From the NCBI GenBank assembly GCA_010909165.1, contig MU008165.1, positions 558,001 to 622,000 of the forward strand: a DNA stretch of 64,000 nucleotides. The letters are read 5' to 3'. How positions within the stretch are numbered: the stretch's first letter is position 1; each line of letters starts with the position of its first letter. The DNA is from Anthoceros angustus (taxonomy: Eukaryota > Plantae > Anthocerotophyta). Positions 59,221-64,000 of the stretch are shown piece by piece. Made by a program: the position numbers and the translations under genes. Below the pieces are notes generated by a model. That model did not search any database, was not told the DNA's origin, and saw only the letters and a list, made by a program, of their open reading frames with translations.

Positions 59221-62200
59221 TCATGCTTCACTCTTGAAATGCCTCTCACGACACAGAAATCTGTGCACCAAACCGTCCATGTCTGTCCACCAGCTTTCAC
59301 CTGGCTGCTTCCATGCCCTTATTTTGATTCTTCTAGCCTGCATCTCCTCGGCCTGCATCCACATTTGGGCACCGGTATATATGTTCCACATCAACACATA
59401 TGCTGCCGCATCATTCTTGTCTAGTTTCACTGCCTGGTCAAATGCATGACGTCCCACTTTCACATTGCTCCATTTCCGACAAGCACCCAAGAGGGTGTGC
59501 CAGACTGTAGCATCAGGGATTACAGGCATTCTCCTTACCAAAGCTAGTGCCTCATCCAGTTGGCCTGCACGGCCCAGGAGATCCACCATGCATGTGTAGT
59601 GCTCCACTGTGGGAGTGATACCATACTGGACAGTCATAGCCTCAAAATACTCTAGCCCCTTGGCTACTAGACCAGTATGACTACATACCATCAGTACACT
59701 GAGGAACGTTATGCCATCTGGCCGTATGCCATCTTCCCTCATCCTGAGAACCAACTTAAAGACCTCTTCACTGTCTCCTTGGTGGCTGTATCCGGCAATC
59801 AGTGCATTCCAGGCGACAAGGTTTCTTTCGGGCAATGCCTCAAACACCTGCTGGGCATCAACAATGCTCCCGGACTTGCTGTACATGTTTATCAAACTGC
59901 CAGCCACAAACAGATCACCTTGAAGCTGTTGTAATTCAATCTGTTCATGTAGCTGCCTTCCCAGATGCAAAGCTGCCGCATTTGCACACGCCTGCAGAAG
60001 ACACACAAATGTCATGGAATTGGGTACACCAGTGCCTTCCTCTTTCATGGCACTGTAGAGACGAAGGGCTTCCTGGCCCATGCCCTGCTGAGAATACCCT
60101 GCTATCATGGCATTCCATGTCACCACATCTTTTTCGAGGAGTCCGTCAAACACTACCCGAGCATCCTTCAGGCTGCCACACTTTGCATACATCTTTAACA
60201 AACTGTTAACAACAAACACATCGGCTTGATGTCCTCGTCCTGTAATCTGCACGTGAAGCTGCTTCCCCATCTCCAGAGCTGGAGAGCCCACACTTGCACA
60301 TGCCTGCAGGAGGGACACAAATGTCACAGAATTGGGTGAGGCCATGCCATCTTCCTGCATAGCACTGTAAAGGCGCAGGGCCTCGAAGCTTTTGCCCTGC
60401 TGGGCATAGCCTGTTATCATCGAGTTCCATGTCACAACATCTTTTTGTCCCAGTCCGTCAAACACTCTCTGCGCATCCTCTAGGCTGCCACACTTTGCGT
60501 ACATGTTTACCAAACTGTTCACCACAAATGCATCAGGTTCGTGTCCTCGGTCGCTGAGTTGTGCATGAAGCTGCTTCCCCTTTTCCAAAGCTGTGGTGCC
60601 CAGACTTGCACATGCCTGCAAGAGGCACAGGAAAGTTATGGAATTGGGTACAGCAGTGCCATCTTCTTGCATAACACTGTAGAGATGAAGGGCATCCTCA
60701 CCCATGCCCTGCTGGGAGAAGCCTGCTATCATGGCATTCCATGTCACCACATCTTTCACATCAAGCCCGTCAAACACTCTTTGGGCCTCTTCCAAGCTGC
60801 CACACTTTGCATACATATTCACCAAGCTGCTGGCCACGAAAACATCAGCTTCAAGTCCTTGTTCTGTAATTTGCATATGAAGCTGCTTCCCCTTCTCCAG
60901 ACCTCGGGTGCCAACACTTGCACATGCCTGCAGGAGCCACACAAACGTCACTGAATCTGGTACAGCACTCCCTTGTCCTTGCATCGCACTGTACAGATGA
61001 AGGGCTTCCTGGACCAAGCCCTGCTGGGAATACCCCGCTATCAAGGCATTCCAGGTCATTACATCTTTTTGACCAAGTCCGTCAAACACTTGCTGAGCGT
61101 CTGCCAAGCTGCCACACTTCATGTACATCTTCATTAAATTGTTGGCTACGAACTCGTCAGCTTGGTGTCCATGTTGTGTAATTTGCCTATGAAGCTCCTT
61201 CCCGTTTTCCAATGCCAAGGTTCCCACCCTTGCACAAGCCTGCAGGAGACACGAAAATGTCACAGAATCGGGTATAGCCAAGCCATCTTCTTGCATAGCA
61301 CTGTACAGACTAAGGGCTTCCTGACCCATGCCCTGCTGGGAGTAGGCACCTATCATGGTATTCCACGTCACCACATCCTTTTCAGCTTGTCCTTGAAACA
61401 CCTCCTGAGCATCCTCTATGGAACCACACTTTGCATACATGTTCATCAAACTGCTTCCTACAAGTACATCACCTCGAAGCCCTTGTTCGCTAATTTGTGC
61501 ATGAAGCTGCTTCCCCTTCTCCAATGCTGGGTTGCCCACGCTTGCACATGCCTGGAGGAGGCAGACAAATGTCACAGAGTTGGGAGCAACAATGTTTTCT
61601 TCTTCCATAGCAGTGTACAGGCTAAGGGCTTCATGCCCCATGCCCAGCTGGGAATACCCAGCTATCAGGGAACTCCAGGTCACCACATCCTTTTTCGCAA
61701 GTCCATCGAACACCCTCTGAGCATCCTCCAAGCAGCCACACTTTGTATACATGTTTACCAAACTGTTGCCAACAAACACATCAGCTTGAAATCCTCGTTC
61801 TCTAATTTGTGCGTGAAGCTGTCTCCCGGTCTCCAGAGCTGGAGTCCCCACACTTGCACACGCCTGCAGGAGGCACACAAAGGTTGCAGGCTTTGGTAAA
61901 GTCATTCCTTTTTCTTCCATAACACAGTAGAGATGGAGGGCCTCCTGCCCCATGCCCTGCTGTGAATATCCTGCTATCATTGCAGACCACGTTACCGCAT
62001 CCTTTTCACCAAGTCGGTGAAACACCCTGTGAGCATCTTCCAAGCTGCCGCACTTTGCATACATGTCTATTAAAGTGTTGGCTACAAACACATCACCTTC
62101 AAGCCCTTGCTCTCTAAGTTGTGCATGAAGCTGCTTCCCCTTCTCCAGAGCCGGGATGCCCACACTTGCACATGCCTGCAGAAGGCAGACAAAGGTCACA

Positions 62201-64000
62201 GCATCAGCTACAGCAAGACTACCTTCTTGCATAGCACTATAAAGACGAAGGGCTTCCAGACCCATGCCCTGCTGGGAATATCCTGCAATTAGAGCAATCC
62301 ATGTTGCTACATCTTTTTGACCAAGTCCGTCAAACACCCTCTGAGCATCCTCGAGACACACACACTTCGCATACATCTTCACCAAACTGCTGGCTAGAAA
62401 CACATCGCCTTCAAGCCCTTGTTCTCTAATTTGTGCATGAAGCTGCTTACCCTTATCCAAAGCTAGGGTGCCTACACTTGCACATGCCTGCAGGAGGCAC
62501 GCAATTGTCACAGAATTGGGAGTTACTATGCCTTCTTCTTGCATACTGTTGTACAGAGACAGGGCTTCCTGCCCCATCCCCAGCTGGGCATACCCTGCAA
62601 TCATGGAAGTCCATGTCACCACATTCTTCTGACCAAGTCCATCAAACACACTCCGGGCATCCTCTAGACTGCCACACTTTGCAAACATGTTCACCAAACT
62701 GTTGGCTACAAATACATCAGCTTGATGCCCTCGTTCTCTAATTTGCACAAGTAGCTGCTTTCCGGTCTCCAAAGCAGGGGTGCCCACACTTGCACATGCC
62801 TGCAGAAGGCACACAAACGTCACAGAATCGGGTATAGCCATGTCATCTTCTTGCATAGCTCTGTACAGAGCAAGGGCTGCCTGCCCCATACCCTGCTGGG
62901 CATATCCTGCTATCATCGCACTCCACGTGACTACGTCTTTTTGAGCAAGTCCGTCGAACACTCTCTGAGCATCCCCCAGACTCCCACACTTTGCATACAT
63001 ATTCACCAAACTATTGGCTACAGACACATCAGCTTGATGTCCTCGTTCCCTAATTTGTTCATGGAGCTGCTTCCCCTTCCCCAAAGCTGGGGTGCCCACC
63101 CGTGCACATGCTTGCAGGAGGCAGACAAAAGTCACAGAGTTGGGGACAGCAATCCCTTCTTCTTGCATCACACTGTAGAGCCGAAGGGCTTCCAGCCCCA
63201 TCCCCTGCTGAGAGTATCCAGATATCATGGCAGTCCAGGTCACCACATCCTTTTCCCCAAGTCCGTCAAAAACTCTCTGAGCGTCTTCCAAGCTGCCGCA
63301 CTTCGCATACATGTCCACCAAGCAATTACATACGAACAAATCAGGCTCACCCCCACTGGCCAGCACGTCAGCATGCACCTGCTGCCCACCTCTCAGGTCC
63401 CTCCCCCTTGCACAGGCCTGAAGGGCTGCCACGAACACATGGCCATCTGGCTTCACACGGCACCTGCGCATCCGCTGATACAGCTGCACGGCCTGCTTGT
63501 CTTGTCCATGTCTAACATGCGCAGAGATTATGGAAGACCAGATGAAGGCATCTGGTTCATCAACCATGGTGAACACATCCATCGCGTCTTGCAACCTGCC
63601 ACACGAAGCATACATTCGCAGAATGTGGTTGCACAGGAACGTGTCCGACTGATACCCCTTGTCCACCGTCAAACCATGCACCCGACGACCCAGAACAAGA
63701 TCCTTCTTCAACACACATTTCTTCAGTACAGTATAAAACAGAGACTTGGGAACACAGAAGTCTGTTCGCACCAAAACTTCCAGAGCCTCAACAGCCTCCG
63801 TGAGCAGGCCCTCATGACATAGCTTGCTCACAGTTTCAGCCATCATACTCCTATCGTATCCTGCAGGCCTTCGATTGTCCCGACCGTCGGGCAAGCTCAA
63901 TTTGGATTTAGAGGCCTCACGACCCATCTCCATATCCAAAGCAGCAAGCTTCGAATCCACCCAGGCTGGCTTGTAGAAGTGGTGCAGCCAGAGCACCTCA
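59221..64000 (-). CDS. Very long PLS-class PPR, E1-E2 plus truncated DYW:WW (over 1591 aa; 5' end beyond the window), with a PDF-motif half at the edge
   Basis: Open ORF with 13 PLS units, ending WKQPGESWWTDMDGLVHRFLCRERHFKSEA*. It begins at the edge with EVLWLHHFYKPAWVDSKL. Confidence 0.95.
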   Translation of the reverse strand, partial: EVLWLHHFYKPAWVDSKLAALDMEMGREASKSKLSLPDGRDNRRPAGYDRSMMAETVSKLCHEGLLTEAVEALEVLVRTDFCVPKSLFYTVLKKCVLKKDLVLGRRVHGLTVDKGYQSDTFLCNHILRMYASCGRLQDAMDVFTMVDEPDAFIWSSIISAHVRHGQDKQAVQLYQRMRRCRVKPDGHVFVAALQACARGRDLRGGQQVHADVLASGGEPDLFVCNCLVDMYAKCGSLEDAQRVFDGLGEKDVVTWTAMISGYSQQGMGLEALRLYSVMQEEGIAVPNSVTFVCLLQACARVGTPALGKGKQLHEQIRERGHQADVSVANSLVNMYAKCGSLGDAQRVFDGLAQKDVVTWSAMIAGYAQQGMGQAALALYRAMQEDDMAIPDSVTFVCLLQACASVGTPALETGKQLLVQIRERGHQADVFVANSLVNMFAKCGSLEDARSVFDGLGQKNVVTWTSMIAGYAQLGMGQEALSLYNSMQEEGIVTPNSVTIACLLQACASVGTLALDKGKQLHAQIREQGLEGDVFLASSLVKMYAKCVCLEDAQRVFDGLGQKDVATWIALIAGYSQQGMGLEALRLYSAMQEGSLAVADAVTFVCLLQACASVGIPALEKGKQLHAQLREQGLEGDVFVANTLIDMYAKCGSLEDAHRVFHRLGEKDAVTWSAMIAGYSQQGMGQEALHLYCVMEEKGMTLPKPATFVCLLQACASVGTPALETGRQLHAQIRERGFQADVFVGNSLVNMYTKCGCLEDAQRVFDGLAKKDVVTWSSLIAGYSQLGMGHEALSLYTAMEEENIVAPNSVTFVCLLQACASVGNPALEKGKQLHAQISEQGLRGDVLVGSSLMNMYAKCGSIEDAQEVFQGQAEKDVVTWNTMIGAYSQQGMGQEALSLYSAMQEDGLAIPDSVTFSCLLQACARVGTLALENGKELHRQITQHGHQADEFVANNLMKMYMKCGSLADAQQVFDGLGQKDVMTWNALIAGYSQQGLVQEALHLYSAMQGQGSAVPDSVTFVWLLQACASVGTRGLEKGKQLHMQITEQGLEADVFVASSLVNMYAKCGSLEEAQRVFDGLDVKDVVTWNAMIAGFSQQGMGEDALHLYSVMQEDGTAVPNSITFLCLLQACASLGTTALEKGKQLHAQLSDRGHEPDAFVVNSLVNMYAKCGSLEDAQRVFDGLGQKDVVTWNSMITGYAQQGKSFEALRLYSAMQEDGMASPNSVTFVSLLQACASVGSPALEMGKQLHVQITGRGHQADVFVVNSLLKMYAKCGSLKDARVVFDGLLEKDVVTWNAMIAGYSQQGMGQEALRLYSAMKEEGTGVPNSMTFVCLLQACANAAALHLGRQLHEQIELQQLQGDLFVAGSLINMYSKSGSIVDAQQVFEALPERNLVAWNALIAGYSHQGDSEEVFKLVLRMREDGIRPDGITFLSVLMVCSHTGLVAKGLEYFEAMTVQYGITPTVEHYTCMVDLLGRAGQLDEALALVRRMPVIPDATVWHTLLGACRKWSNVKVGRHAFDQAVKLDKNDAAAYVLMWNIYTGAQMWMQAEEMQARRIKIRAWKQPGESWWTDMDGLVHRFLCRERHFKSEA

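Noticed and set aside
62851-63822. Long plus-strand ORFs opposite PPR genes (also 47682-48680, 5963-6496, 61162-61899)
   Set aside because: Antisense shadows of repetitive PPR codon usage with no independent protein motifs.

Overview
Plant nuclear DNA, most likely a hornwort such as Anthoceros. This is inferred from DYW:KP-type (GRP and DRH-like) PPR editing factors, short introns and tight gene packing. The window is dominated by PLS-class PPR RNA-editing genes: four DYW:WW-lineage genes (three with visible 3' ends, all ending just after the WW box; one running off the left edge), two GRP-type DYW:KP loci (both disrupted as assembled) and two DRH-like (DSR) DYW:KP loci (one long open exon, one pseudogene). 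Between them lie a METTL21-like methyltransferase, a TORNADO1-like Roco (LRR-ROC-COR) gene, two SKP1 genes, TLDc and eIF1 genes with pseudogenised duplicates, an nsLTP-like gene, CACTA/Harbinger/Ty3-gypsy relics and several microhomology-bounded tandem duplications. The most striking observation is an N-terminal module matching the PDF single-stranded-DNA-binding motif of plant OSB proteins. It is fused to the PPR editors: two tandem copies on a GRP-type gene and partial or degenerate copies on WW-type genes. Many frameshifts fall in homopolymers, so some pseudogene calls may reflect long-read assembly errors. Coordinates were read by eye; repeat and TE boundaries are approximate.
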